64,000 bases of DNA, from IMG/VR virus record IMGVR_UViG_3300037483_000299, positions 1-64,000 of that record. One strand, 5' to 3'. Position 1 is the first letter of the stretch. Each line of letters starts with the position of its first letter. The notes under the pieces were generated by a model. It had not been told where the DNA came from. It was given only the letters and a program-made list of their open reading frames with translations, and did not search any database. This document shows, one piece after another, positions 51,428-60,814 of this stretch. This DNA comes from a virus. A program made the position numbers and the translations under genes.

Positions 51428-52540
51428 ATGGCGAGTGTGGCCTACGCCCCGCTGATGGAGGAGAACCCGGTCCTCAAGCGGAAGCCGAGTATCCCGCCCG
51501 CCCCGATTAGCGGGCCCGTGCCGATTCAACCGTACCCGCCCCGGGATGATACGCGGGATGCGACGATTGGACCGCAGGTGCCTCAAGTGCCTCCGGTGGG
51601 GGCAACGCCTTCCCCCACAATGACGCCGGACACCTTCGGGCCACCGCCGATTACGCTTGCGCCGCCGGTCGCCCCGCCATCGCCGACCATCGGGTCCCAA
51701 CTCGTGCCCGACACGTTCCGGCCGAACATCCCTAGTCCCATCTCGCCCCGGATACCGGAGGGGCCGATCACCCCATATCAGCCGCAGACCCCACCGGGGC
51801 CGATCAACCAGTTCGGCCCAGGCGACAACCTGATCGCGTCGCAGGTGAACCCGGTGAACCGGGGAGACACCGAATCCGTCCGGTCCGCCGTCATGGCGCT
51901 CCTGGGTCAGACTTCCGGCGGGGCAAGTCGGGGAGATATCGCGGCGGATACACTCAAGCGATTTGATGAGCAGCAGGCGGAATCTGATCGCATCGCCCAG
52001 CAGGAGATCGGCCGGTCGGCGGCGAAGTTCGGGCGCTTGGGGTCTGGGGTCACCACCACCCAGGTCGGCGACTATGGTGAACGCTCGGCCATCGCCCGCG
52101 AACGGGAACGCGCACGGCTGGCCGGAGAAGTGGCGGACCAGGATATCGGGGACCGCTTTGCCCGGGTGGGCGCCGCGCAAGACGTGTATGGCCAGTTCTC
52201 CGGTGCCGATGTCGGGGCGCGGAATGAAGTCCGCGGGGAGCGCGGGTATCAGGCGGGCTTGGATCAACAGGCGCTCCAGAACCGGATTCAGCAGACCGGG
52301 CTTGAGGAGGACTTGTATGGGAATCAGTTCACCCGGGATCAGATGTACAATCAGTGGCTCTCGCAGCTCGGCTTCCCGGGGAGCCAGAACATGTTGCCGG
52401 GGACGGCGGACTACTACAACGAGCAGGCAGAAGGCTCGAATCAATCAGCGGCCGATTTCTTCCGGCTCCTGGCGGCGCAGGGTGGGAACAGGGGTGCCCA
52501 GACCAGCGGGGCGGGCTACTACGGGCAGTACGGAGGATAG
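51428..52540 (+). CDS. DNA ejection protein
   Basis: Pro-rich N-terminus, AAKFGRLGSG motif, Gln-rich coiled coil. Confidence 0.6.
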   Translation: MASVAYAPLMEENPVLKRKPSIPPAPISGPVPIQPYPPRDDTRDATIGPQVPQVPPVGATPSPTMTPDTFGPPPITLAPPVAPPSPTIGSQLVPDTFRPNIPSPISPRIPEGPITPYQPQTPPGPINQFGPGDNLIASQVNPVNRGDTESVRSAVMALLGQTSGGASRGDIAADTLKRFDEQQAESDRIAQQEIGRSAAKFGRLGSGVTTTQVGDYGERSAIARERERARLAGEVADQDIGDRFARVGAAQDVYGQFSGADVGARNEVRGERGYQAGLDQQALQNRIQQTGLEEDLYGNQFTRDQMYNQWLSQLGFPGSQNMLPGTADYYNEQAEGSNQSAADFFRLLAAQGGNRGAQTSGAGYYGQYGG

Positions 52541-52543
52541 GCC

Positions 52544-53479
52544 ATGCCGAGTTTCGCACGGATCGCGTCGGCCTTCAGCGCCCCGGTCATGGGGCTGCTC
52601 TTGGGGCAGGAGGACAAGCGGAAGCGCGAGAAGGAGGACGCCGACCGCGCCCGGGCCGAACGCTTGGACTTGATCCGTCAACGGCTACTAGAGACGCAGA
52701 TCGCTGGCTTGCAGACTCAGCAGGCGGAGGCCAGTAAGACGAAGGAGCTGGCGGGCTTGCAGGCCAACCGAGATGAGGCGTTGCAGAACGAGCGAGCGGC
52801 GGACTTCCAACAGCGGTATGGAGCTGAAGCGGTGCCGAGCGGGCTGCATCCCGAGATTGCGATTGAGCGGGGCGAAGCTGCGGAGAAACGCGAGACGGAG
52901 GAACGGGGACGGGAGCACGCCTTGAAGGTGGCCGGGATGCGGACCGAGGCGTCCGCAGCGACGCAAGAGGGCGTTGAATATCAACGTCAGTTCCAGCGGG
53001 AGAACGCCCTGGCCGATGACTACGCCCGAACGGTGAAGCCGTGGGAGATCCCGTATAACGCGCTCGTGCGCGGGAAAGGGAGCATGGCCGAGGCGAAGGC
53101 GGGGAACTCGGCGGCGCAACTCCAGATGCTCTACGCCTTCATCCAAACGCTGGATAACTCGGTCGTGAAGGAAGGCGAAGCGGCGATGTTCGCCCGAGCG
53201 GCCCCCTATCTCTCGCGGGCGCAGATGTACGCAGATCGTATCAATAACAAAGGGGCGGTGATGACGGCGACGCAGGTTCAAGAAATCGCCGACATCTTGA
53301 CTCAGGTGGAACAGCAATTCGCGGATCGGTTCGCGTCCTACAAGCGGTACTATCAGAACCGGGCGAAGAAGTGGGGGATTGATCCCTCCTCCTTCATGGA
53401 CATCCCGGAGACGTTTGGGGCTGGGAAAGATGAGGAACCAGAGGATGAGATGACCCCCTATCTCCAGCCGGGGCTCTAA
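52544..53479 (+). CDS. DNA ejection protein
   Basis: Coiled coil; YAFIQTLDNSVVKEGE motif. Confidence 0.6.
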   Translation: MPSFARIASAFSAPVMGLLLGQEDKRKREKEDADRARAERLDLIRQRLLETQIAGLQTQQAEASKTKELAGLQANRDEALQNERAADFQQRYGAEAVPSGLHPEIAIERGEAAEKRETEERGREHALKVAGMRTEASAATQEGVEYQRQFQRENALADDYARTVKPWEIPYNALVRGKGSMAEAKAGNSAAQLQMLYAFIQTLDNSVVKEGEAAMFARAAPYLSRAQMYADRINNKGAVMTATQVQEIADILTQVEQQFADRFASYKRYYQNRAKKWGIDPSSFMDIPETFGAGKDEEPEDEMTPYLQPGL

Positions 53480-55128
53480 TGGATGAGCAAGCGATTCTCG
53501 ACGCTGCCGCCCGGATGCTCGGAGACGGGATTGATCCGGCGAAAGTCGATGCGGCCGTGCGGCGCCGGACGGGCATGAGCCTGTCGGAACTCGGGGCGAA
53601 ACTTGGCAACGTGCCACGCGATACCCCCGAAGCGCCGAAGCCATCAGCCGGTGAGCAGCGGCAAGAGCGATTCCTGCGGGCGACCGGCGTCACTCCGGCT
53701 GGCTCCGAGGGTGCGGAGAACGCCCAGGATCAGACCCGGCTCATGGCGCATGGCGCGGCCTTCGGGCTTACGGATGAACTGCGGGGCGCGATGGCAGGTG
53801 TGATCCCCGGGGGTGAGGGGTACACCGAGGCCCGGGATACCGAACGCGAAGCTCTTGCGGAAGCCCGGGGCCGTCGGTCCCCGTTGGCGGCTGGTGGGCT
53901 GGAAGCGATGGGCGGGCTTGCTGCGCCCGGCATGGGCGCGGCGCGCTTCATCGGGAAAGGTGTTGGCACGGGGGCCAAGATGCTCCGCGGGGCTGCGGCC
54001 GGCGGGACTGCGGCGGCAGCCTATGGAGCTGGTGGGGAAGGCGGGCCTACTGAACGGGGCGTGGAAGCCCTCAAGATGTTTCCCATTGGGGCGACGTTGG
54101 GGGGCGTGGCCTCAGGGGCGGTCCCGCTCGCCAAAGCCGTAGGCCGTGGGGCGTATCATGGTATGGGGTTCATCGGTCGGGCTACTAGGGAAGTGAGTCG
54201 GGAACTCCGGGGCCCCCTCCGAAATGCCGAGTCTTGGGTCCGGGAACAGGCTCGGGAGGCCGGAACTAAACTGACCCCCGCGCAAGTCACCCGTCGGGCG
54301 GAAATCCGGTTAGCCCAGCTTGAGGGAGACCTGATGGCCCCGATGCGGCCCAAGCCGCCCCAGAAGCCCCCAGAGGCCCGGCCAGACACCTACGAGGGGT
54401 TGGTGGCGGCTCAGGCGAAGATTGAGCGGGAGCTGGGGACGACGGAGGCCGCCCGGCCCGCCCAGACCGGCCAGTCCGCCCATCCCCAACCGCCCCGCCG
54501 ACCGAGTGACTTACGGATGGAGCCCGTCGCGTCCGCCACGCCGGCCGGAACTGTGCGGATGGCCAAGCCGCCGCTGCGGCTGGAGTCCTCCTTGCCGCCT
54601 CAACTGGCCGAGAGTCCTATCGGGCGGGCGCTTGATCCGGTGGCGCTGACTCGCCAGCAGCCGCACGCGACGCAAGCCCAGATGGCGGTCCGCAGCGCGC
54701 CCATTCTCTCCCGGGTGAGTGGCCTAGACGAGATTCGGGCGGTGGGGTTGAAGGCGTTTCAGGAGGGCGATCAGGCCACGCTCGACGCGGTGAACAGCGT
54801 GCTCAAAGAGCGGGGCATGGCGTTTGACTGGACCACGATCGCCGAGGAAGCGGCGAAACAAGGAAGGCGGGGACGCGTGCCAAACCCTAAGCCGGGGGGC
54901 GCCCCAGAAGTTTCACGCCCCGTTCCGTCGGTAGGCCGCACAATGACGGCGACGGTGGAGGGGCGAAGCTACGAAATCCCTGAACGGTGGATGCAGGGTG
55001 CCACACTTGGTGGTCGGCGTTCTCAGCAAGAAGCAGTACAGCTATGGCACGAGCAGGCATTGGCCGAAGAGGCGGTGACTGGAGTACCAACATCTATCCC
55101 ATCGCGACAATCCCGGAACCGCCGATGA
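53479..55128 (+). CDS. Large DNA ejection protein
   Basis: GAAFGLTDEL motif and Gly/Ala-rich hydrophobic region. Confidence 0.6.
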   Translation: MDEQAILDAAARMLGDGIDPAKVDAAVRRRTGMSLSELGAKLGNVPRDTPEAPKPSAGEQRQERFLRATGVTPAGSEGAENAQDQTRLMAHGAAFGLTDELRGAMAGVIPGGEGYTEARDTEREALAEARGRRSPLAAGGLEAMGGLAAPGMGAARFIGKGVGTGAKMLRGAAAGGTAAAAYGAGGEGGPTERGVEALKMFPIGATLGGVASGAVPLAKAVGRGAYHGMGFIGRATREVSRELRGPLRNAESWVREQAREAGTKLTPAQVTRRAEIRLAQLEGDLMAPMRPKPPQKPPEARPDTYEGLVAAQAKIERELGTTEAARPAQTGQSAHPQPPRRPSDLRMEPVASATPAGTVRMAKPPLRLESSLPPQLAESPIGRALDPVALTRQQPHATQAQMAVRSAPILSRVSGLDEIRAVGLKAFQEGDQATLDAVNSVLKERGMAFDWTTIAEEAAKQGRRGRVPNPKPGGAPEVSRPVPSVGRTMTATVEGRSYEIPERWMQGATLGGRRSQQEAVQLWHEQALAEEAVTGVPTSIPSRQSRNRR

Positions 55129-55463
55129 TCCCCCGCCTCGTGGCCCTTGCCCTGCTGGCTGTGGTCGTGCTGATCGCCGCCGGCCCGCTGCGCCCGCTCT
55201 ACCAGCGGGTCGAGGCGTGGACGTGGGCGCAGGACGAACGGACCTGGGTGGCGCACGGCCTGATCCTGCTGATGGTCGGATTCAGTAGCGCCGTACTGAT
55301 CGGGTGGTTCGGTCTCGGGTTCACCGGCTGGGGCATGGGGTGGTACGCGCGGCGGGAGAACGTGTTCACCGGCGAGCCGATGAGCACCGACAACTGGATG
55401 GACTTCCTGGCCCCTCAACTCGGGGGCCTGCTGGGGTTCGCCCTGGGGCTGGTGGTCCGGTGA
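55125..55463 (+). CDS. Multi-TM membrane protein
   Basis: ATG 55125; three to four hydrophobic segments. Confidence 0.6.
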   Translation: MIPRLVALALLAVVVLIAAGPLRPLYQRVEAWTWAQDERTWVAHGLILLMVGFSSAVLIGWFGLGFTGWGMGWYARRENVFTGEPMSTDNWMDFLAPQLGGLLGFALGLVVR

Positions 55464-55747
55464 CGCCGGCCGAACTGACGGCGATCACGGCCGGCGTCGG
55501 CCTGTTGGGTGGCGTCGGCGGCTGGTTTCTCAAGGCCAAGACGGAGCCGAAGGCCCGGAACGGGAACGGACTGGGGAAGGAGCTTGCTCTAGCCATCACG
55601 GCCGATGGGGAACGGACCCGCCAGACGATGAAAGACGAGGGGGAGCGGACGCGGGAAAACACGGTGAGCCTCATCACGGCACTCCAAGCGCAAACGGAAC
55701 TCGCGATGATCCGGGCGGCACAGATGAGCCGGCAGGGGGCGGCGTGA
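55460..55747 (+). CDS. Single-TM coiled-coil protein (holin-like)
   Basis: GTG 55460; N-terminal TM. Confidence 0.5.
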   Translation: MTPAELTAITAGVGLLGGVGGWFLKAKTEPKARNGNGLGKELALAITADGERTRQTMKDEGERTRENTVSLITALQAQTELAMIRAAQMSRQGAA

Positions 55748-56073
55748 TGGCCCGTATCCTGATTGTCGAGGATGAGGCCAGCCTGTTGCGGGTGTTGCTC
55801 ACCTACTTGACGGAGATCGAGCAGCACGAGGCGGTGGGCGTGAGCACGGCCGACGATGCCCGGGACGCGGCCCAGCTGGGTCCCTGGGACATGGTGGTCA
55901 CGGATCGGATGTTGCCGGAGGGGGAGGACGGGGAACGGCTCCGGAGCGCCTTTCCCGGGACGCGGTTCCTGACCATGACCGGGGTGGACCAGTGGGAGGC
56001 GGATGTGCGGAAGCCCTTCAGTCTCGAAGAAATTGGCGCCGTCATTCGGGCGCGCCTCGCGGTGGCGCCATGA
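55747..56073 (+). CDS. Stand-alone response regulator receiver (CheY-like)
   Basis: ILIVEDE, DMVVTD (phosphoacceptor), MTG, KPF all present. Confidence 0.85.
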   Translation: MARILIVEDEASLLRVLLTYLTEIEQHEAVGVSTADDARDAAQLGPWDMVVTDRMLPEGEDGERLRSAFPGTRFLTMTGVDQWEADVRKPFSLEEIGAVIRARLAVAP

Positions 56074-56240
56074 GTGTCGAGCTATGGGCGGGCCTGATCG
56101 TGCTGCTTCAGGTGGTGGGCCTCCTCTTGAAGCTGGAGGAGCGGGCGCAGCGACGGAAGTTCCAGGTAGATCTTGAGGAGTGGCGACAGACGATGCGACG
56201 GGTCCGGCAACCAGACCCCAACATGTGCGCGGAGGAGTGA
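56070..56240 (+). CDS. Small single-TM/coiled-coil protein
   Basis: MSVELWAGLIVLLQVVGLLLKLEERAQRR; ATGA-coupled. Confidence 0.6.
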   Translation: MSVELWAGLIVLLQVVGLLLKLEERAQRRKFQVDLEEWRQTMRRVRQPDPNMCAEE

Positions 56241-56241
56241 C

Positions 56242-56523
56242 GTGAATCCGAAACTGGAAGCGGCGAAAGAGCGGCGGCGGCTCGCGCTCACCACGCCGGA
56301 CGTGCAGAAGTTCGAGAAGTCGCTGCCCGCGATCATCGCCGCGGTGGTGCGGTTCGGCGGGCCGGAGCACTGCTTCCTGAACATTCACAGCACCGTGGCC
56401 GAGACCGGCGCGCCCGACGCGTGGTGGGAAGTGGTGCCCACGGATCGGGCGAAGCTCGCTGATGGCGAGGACCCGCCGAGCGGGGACGAGAGCCATCCGT
56501 GCCCACCCTTCCTGGACTGCTGA
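56242..56523 (+). CDS. Small protein ending DESHPCPPFLDC
   Basis: GTG 56242 after GGAGGA. Confidence 0.6.
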   Translation: MNPKLEAAKERRRLALTTPDVQKFEKSLPAIIAAVVRFGGPEHCFLNIHSTVAETGAPDAWWEVVPTDRAKLADGEDPPSGDESHPCPPFLDC

Positions 56524-57075
56524 GTGCCGCCAGCATGGCAGGAAGTCTTTCACCTGGCCGGCCTACTCCCGCTCCTGATCCTGGGCGGGCTACACCTCTG
56601 GGGCGTCCGTCGGGATTCTCGGGACTGGTGGCTGGCCTCTGGCTTTGCCGTCTCCTGGGTGGCGGACTTGGCAGCACATTGGGCCGATCCCTGGCTCGTG
56701 TCGCACGTCTATTCCGTGGGGCAGGCGGGATGCCTGTACGGGGCGCTCACGACGCCACGCCGCGCCTCCTGGCTGCTTGGACTGACGGGCCTCGTGGCCG
56801 CGTGGTCGCTGTCTGCCGGACCCGTGACCGCGCCGGCCGTGGCGGTGTGGGTGGTGAGCGCCGGGGTGATCTTGTCCCTGATCTGGAAACGTCGGGATCT
56901 CGGGCTCCGCTGGTGGGGGCTGCTCGCGTACTTCGGGCTCGGGCTCGCGTTCCGCGTGTGGTTCCCGCTGGCCTTGGACGATGCGGAGACGTTCCGGGTG
57001 GCCTGGCTCGGCTATCAGGCGTGTCGGATGGCGGGCCTGTCGCTGGTGAGCTGGGCCCTCTTGAGAGGACCGTGA
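56524..57075 (+). CDS. Polytopic membrane protein (about 6-7 TM)
   Basis: 183 aa, almost entirely hydrophobic helices. Confidence 0.7.
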   Translation: MPPAWQEVFHLAGLLPLLILGGLHLWGVRRDSRDWWLASGFAVSWVADLAAHWADPWLVSHVYSVGQAGCLYGALTTPRRASWLLGLTGLVAAWSLSAGPVTAPAVAVWVVSAGVILSLIWKRRDLGLRWWGLLAYFGLGLAFRVWFPLALDDAETFRVAWLGYQACRMAGLSLVSWALLRGP

Positions 57076-57076
57076 C

Positions 57077-57364
57077 ATGGCGCGCCTGAGCGAAGCCACC
57101 AAGCAGACCATCGGCACCGCGCTCACGCTGCTCGGCAAGGTGCCGACCACGCCCGCGCGCATCATGGTGACGCTGTTGCTGGGATTCGGGACGGCGGTCC
57201 GCTACTGGCTGGCCGCTCCCGGTGGCTGGTCGCCGTCCTGGGAATGGCTGGGCTTCCTGTCGGTGTGGGCGGGAATCGACGCGGCGCAGTTCTACGGGAA
57301 ACGGATGACTCACATTCCCCCTGCGGCGGAGACGCCTGGGGCACCGGAGGCGACACCTGGATGA
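57077..57364 (+). CDS. Two-TM holin-like protein
   Basis: Two hydrophobic helices and a basic C-terminal patch. Confidence 0.45.
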   Translation: MARLSEATKQTIGTALTLLGKVPTTPARIMVTLLLGFGTAVRYWLAAPGGWSPSWEWLGFLSVWAGIDAAQFYGKRMTHIPPAAETPGAPEATPG

Positions 57365-57533
57365 CGCCAAATGTAGTGCTGTCGCTACGGTTTCTGTCCG
57401 TCAGGGTCGGACCAGCCCGAGCGTCCGTCCGAGCCAGAGAAGCGCCACGATGGGGGCGAGGTGAGGCTTCCGGGCAAGCCAGCGAAGGATCTGCATCGAG
57501 ACTCTCATGATCAATGGAAAAGGACGCCGCTGC

Positions 57534-58619
57534 ATGAAAAGTGCCACCGTATTACTCGCCACGATGTTGGCGCTCACCAGTCCCCTGCACGCCCAGGATA
57601 CCGTCCAGGTCAGGCCAGGAGCGATGGTCTGCGGCGGCTGGGTGGTGCCTGACACCACGCCCGGGACGGTGTTCCGCTGCCAGGTGAACGGGCCGAACGA
57701 TATGCGCCGGGTGCGCGCAGTTGTCGTTGTGGTCGTGGTGGACAGCGTGCCGGTGCTGCTGCCGCCACCTCCTCCACCCCCGGTAGACACGCTGCCGCCC
57801 CCGCCACCACCGGACACCGTGTCAGCAGGGACCGCGCCAACCTACGATCCGGCGCGGGACCTCCTCTTGGTGGCCGACAACTTCGACATGTGGGACGGCT
57901 TCAATCGGCGGAACGTGCCTGGGGCGCATCTGCGGGTCTATCGGGACTCGGCCATCGGCGGCGGAAACCCGGCGGCGACGGTCAGTTTCACGCCGGGCCG
58001 GACGGGTCAGGCCGTCCGGATCACGTATCCGCAGCAGGTGGGGACGGCGCAAGGCCGGCAGTATGTCGGGACGGTCAATGTCTCCACGCCGGCGGGCGTC
58101 TCGAGCTTCCAAGAGTTCTGGGTGCGGCTCTCGTCTGGCGCCTCGCCCACCGGGACCGGGCCTAAGTGGGTGCAACACTACCACGCGACCCTCGGCACCG
58201 CGCAGCGCATCCAGATCGGGTCCTTCAAGTTCCCTTCTGGGTCAGCCTCACTCGACGGGATGCCAGCTCGCGATTACTGGCACGTCAACAGCCTCGCCAA
58301 CTCGCTCGCGCTCTCGCGGGGCGGGCCGCGGTGGCGGGACATCGCGGATGGCGCGTGGCATCAAGTCACGACGGAGGTCCGGGCGCACACCGCGCGCGGG
58401 TCCGGCGATGGCGTCGCTCGGATGTGGATCGACGGGACGCTCGTAGTAGACCTATCGGCGACGGGTGTGCGGGCGGGCTGGACGGACGCGAGCGAACTGG
58501 CCCAGCTCGTCGCTGGCGTGGCCATCACCGACATCCACCTGGGCGACCTGCTCTATCTCGGGACGGTGCCCACCTGGACGCTGGACGTGGATGACTTCCG
58601 ACGGTGGCGGGCGCGGTGA
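57534..58619 (+). CDS. Secreted polysaccharide-lyase/LamG-like protein with Pro-rich linker
   Basis: Signal peptide MKSATVLLATMLALTSPLHA-Q, poly-Pro linker, domain paralogous to 44631. Confidence 0.7.
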   Translation: MKSATVLLATMLALTSPLHAQDTVQVRPGAMVCGGWVVPDTTPGTVFRCQVNGPNDMRRVRAVVVVVVVDSVPVLLPPPPPPPVDTLPPPPPPDTVSAGTAPTYDPARDLLLVADNFDMWDGFNRRNVPGAHLRVYRDSAIGGGNPAATVSFTPGRTGQAVRITYPQQVGTAQGRQYVGTVNVSTPAGVSSFQEFWVRLSSGASPTGTGPKWVQHYHATLGTAQRIQIGSFKFPSGSASLDGMPARDYWHVNSLANSLALSRGGPRWRDIADGAWHQVTTEVRAHTARGSGDGVARMWIDGTLVVDLSATGVRAGWTDASELAQLVAGVAITDIHLGDLLYLGTVPTWTLDVDDFRRWRAR

Positions 58620-58725
58620 AGCGTCCCCGAGTGCTCTGCGTGCGGGCCATCCCCGTCCTGCCCTCGCCTGCTGGAGTCCAGCGGCGGGGACTGATGGGGC
58701 TGGAAGCGGGCTTGATGGTCCGCCG

Positions 58726-58896
58726 TTACCGCTCCTGGATGATGGCCTCCCGCAACTGTTGCTCGGCCGCCTCATCTTCGATAAGGCGTATGACGCCAAG
58801 CGTCAACAAGATGAGCAGCGTGACGAGGATACCGGGGAAAATGTACCAACGCCACGAAACCGGGCGAGGCGGGCGGGAGATCATGAGGAGTTGCAT
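58726..58896 (-). CDS. Small single-TM protein
   Basis: WYIFPGILVTLLILLTLGVI; downstream of the FkbM gene. Confidence 0.5.
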   Translation of the reverse strand: MQLLMISRPPRPVSWRWYIFPGILVTLLILLTLGVIRLIEDEAAEQQLREAIIQER

Positions 58897-58955
58897 CGGT
58901 GCTCCAAGCTCAGGGGGATGGTTACAGCGCAAGAATCGTACACCAAGGATAGCCG

Positions 58956-59792
58956 CTACACCGCATGAATCGCCTTCAGGAACCCGCAGTCGTGTCCGTG
59001 AAAGTCGGTGAACTCCACGATCTGGAATCCTACCGCGAGCAGGCGCGCGGCGAGATGCCGGGCCCGGTCCCGTTTCTCAGCCGGCGGGGCGTGCCATTCG
59101 ATGGCGAGCTGGCGGATCTGGCCGAGCAAGAGATCGGGCGCCGCATCGAGAATCCCGTACTCCGCCCCCTCGCAGTCGAGCTTCAGGAAGTCCACCCGGT
59201 CGAGCTGATGCCGGGCGAACAGGGAGGCGAGTGAGGCCACCGGCACGGTCATCGTTCCGGTGGGGTGCGCGAGGCGGGCCGGGTCAGTGGTGTGCAACGC
59301 CCCCTGTGCGCCCTGGTAGAGCGTGAGCTGGCCATCGGTGTCGCCGACGGCGGAGGCCACGATGGAAGCCGCGAACCCGTTCCGTCGCAGATTGTGGGTA
59401 AGCAGCGCGAAGTTCTCCGGGTCGGGCTCGTAGGCGATCACCCGCGCGTCCAGCGAAGCGGCGAGGACGGAGAACGCCCCGATGTTCGCCCCGATGTCCA
59501 CCACGACATCCCCCGGTGCGATGGTGAGCCCGTGGGTCAAATACTCTCGATCTGCGGCGATCTTCCGGACAATCCCGGCGTCCCAGGTTTCGCGGCGCAC
59601 ACGGAAGCGCAGACCGCCCGCCGTCACGGTGCGATACGTGAGGCCGGCCCGCTTCAGGCCGCGCTCCAAGCGCACCGCGACGGCATGGGGCAGTTCGCCA
59701 CGCGCCACGGCCCGGAGCCCACGCCAGGTCGCAGAGCCGTCGGGCTTGGGCTGTACCGGCTCCACCACACGGACAGGATCAGGGATCGTCAT
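58956..59792 (-). CDS. FkbM-family methyltransferase
   Basis: VVDIGANIGAFS, AYEPDPENF, LKLDCEGAEY, IEWH; likely start ATG 59792. Confidence 0.9.
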   Translation of the reverse strand: MTIPDPVRVVEPVQPKPDGSATWRGLRAVARGELPHAVAVRLERGLKRAGLTYRTVTAGGLRFRVRRETWDAGIVRKIAADREYLTHGLTIAPGDVVVDIGANIGAFSVLAASLDARVIAYEPDPENFALLTHNLRRNGFAASIVASAVGDTDGQLTLYQGAQGALHTTDPARLAHPTGTMTVPVASLASLFARHQLDRVDFLKLDCEGAEYGILDAAPDLLLGQIRQLAIEWHAPPAEKRDRARHLAARLLAVGFQIVEFTDFHGHDCGFLKAIHAV

Positions 59793-59798
59793 GCCGAC

Positions 59799-59910
59799 AG
59801 GATGCGCGATTCTCGTGCCCGGAACAACTACCACTAGTGGTAGCCGTAGACCTACCACTAGTGGTAGGGCAAAATGCGAGACTTCCGAGCCCCGCGTTCC
59901 GGGGTAGAAT
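59799..59910. promoter_or_regulatory. Second copy of the divergent promoter region, with two palindromic operators
   Basis: Minus strand TTGTTC-17-CATCCT; CTACCACTAGTGGTAG at 59828-59843 and 59852-59867; plus strand TAGAAT 59905-59910. Confidence 0.65.
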
Positions 59911-60616
59911 GGCGGAGCCGGGGGGCCGGACGAATACGGAAGGGAGCCGCCTATGGAGTCGTCGCGTGGTGTGTGGCTGGACCCCTCTTGCTGCGCCCGT
60001 AGGAAGTGGTAGGTTGGGAGACGTTCAACCGGGCGTTGTGCCACCGTTCACCCGGGGTGTCGTGGGATTCGGCGCCGCTCACTCAACGGGATGGCTTGTC
60101 CCTGGCGGGATATTCAAGAAATCCGGGCGCTGACCCACCTCCGTCAACCCGGTCCCGTGCCACCATGCTAGCGACAAGTGCAGGCCGCCTCGTACGGCCG
60201 AAAGAACAAGCTCGACCCTGGGGTCCCTGGTACGGGCCACACCCAAAGCCGAGCTTGCGAGCCACAGTCCCTGGCGGGGTAAAGCGGCACCCCCAACCTA
60301 CTAACCCGGGGCCTCAGTGTAAAGGCACGGGATAGGGAGGAAGCGCCCTAGGTAGCCGGTTGCTGGGGGCATTCCGGGGGCTCTGGGTCGCCGAGAGTGG
60401 CCCTTCCCGCCACATGCAAGTTCTTGCAGTCTAGGGGTGCAAAACCTGTCACTTGCGTTTGCAATGTGAGGGCCTAGATTGCCTCCACCATGACATGCCC
60501 ACGTTGCAAACGACCCATCGCCCCCTGGCCGCTCAGGCGACCCAATCTCTGTAGCCCGGCCCATTGGGTTCGGTGCATCCGGTCGGACCTCCACACTACC
60601 CCACAGTAGCGTTGCA

Positions 60617-60814
60617 ATGGCTTCCAGGCCCATGACTAATAGCGTGGCCAAGCTTGGCCGGTCCCCAGGGGTGAAGGTGGCCCTGTGTGCCTCCTGCGGT
60701 AAACGGTTCGAGCCGCGCCGCGCCAATCAACGGTTCTGTTCGGCAAAGTGCCGGTGGCGGGCCTGGGACGTGGCCCACCCCCGCATCAGGCCCCGAGATG
60801 GGGGGGCCACATGA
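60617..60814 (+). CDS. Small Zn-finger protein
   Basis: CASCGKRFEPRRANQRFCSAKCR. Confidence 0.6.
   Translation: MASRPMTNSVAKLGRSPGVKVALCASCGKRFEPRRANQRFCSAKCRWRAWDVAHPRIRPRDGGAT

Noticed and set aside
35985-52444. Long minus-strand ORFs (e.g. 35985-37406, 40836-41969, 51035-52444)
   Set aside because: Antisense shadows of GC-rich genes with no recognisable motifs
59828-59868. CRISPR-like mini-array
   Set aside because: Only two 16-bp palindromes 8 bp apart; no spacers or cas genes
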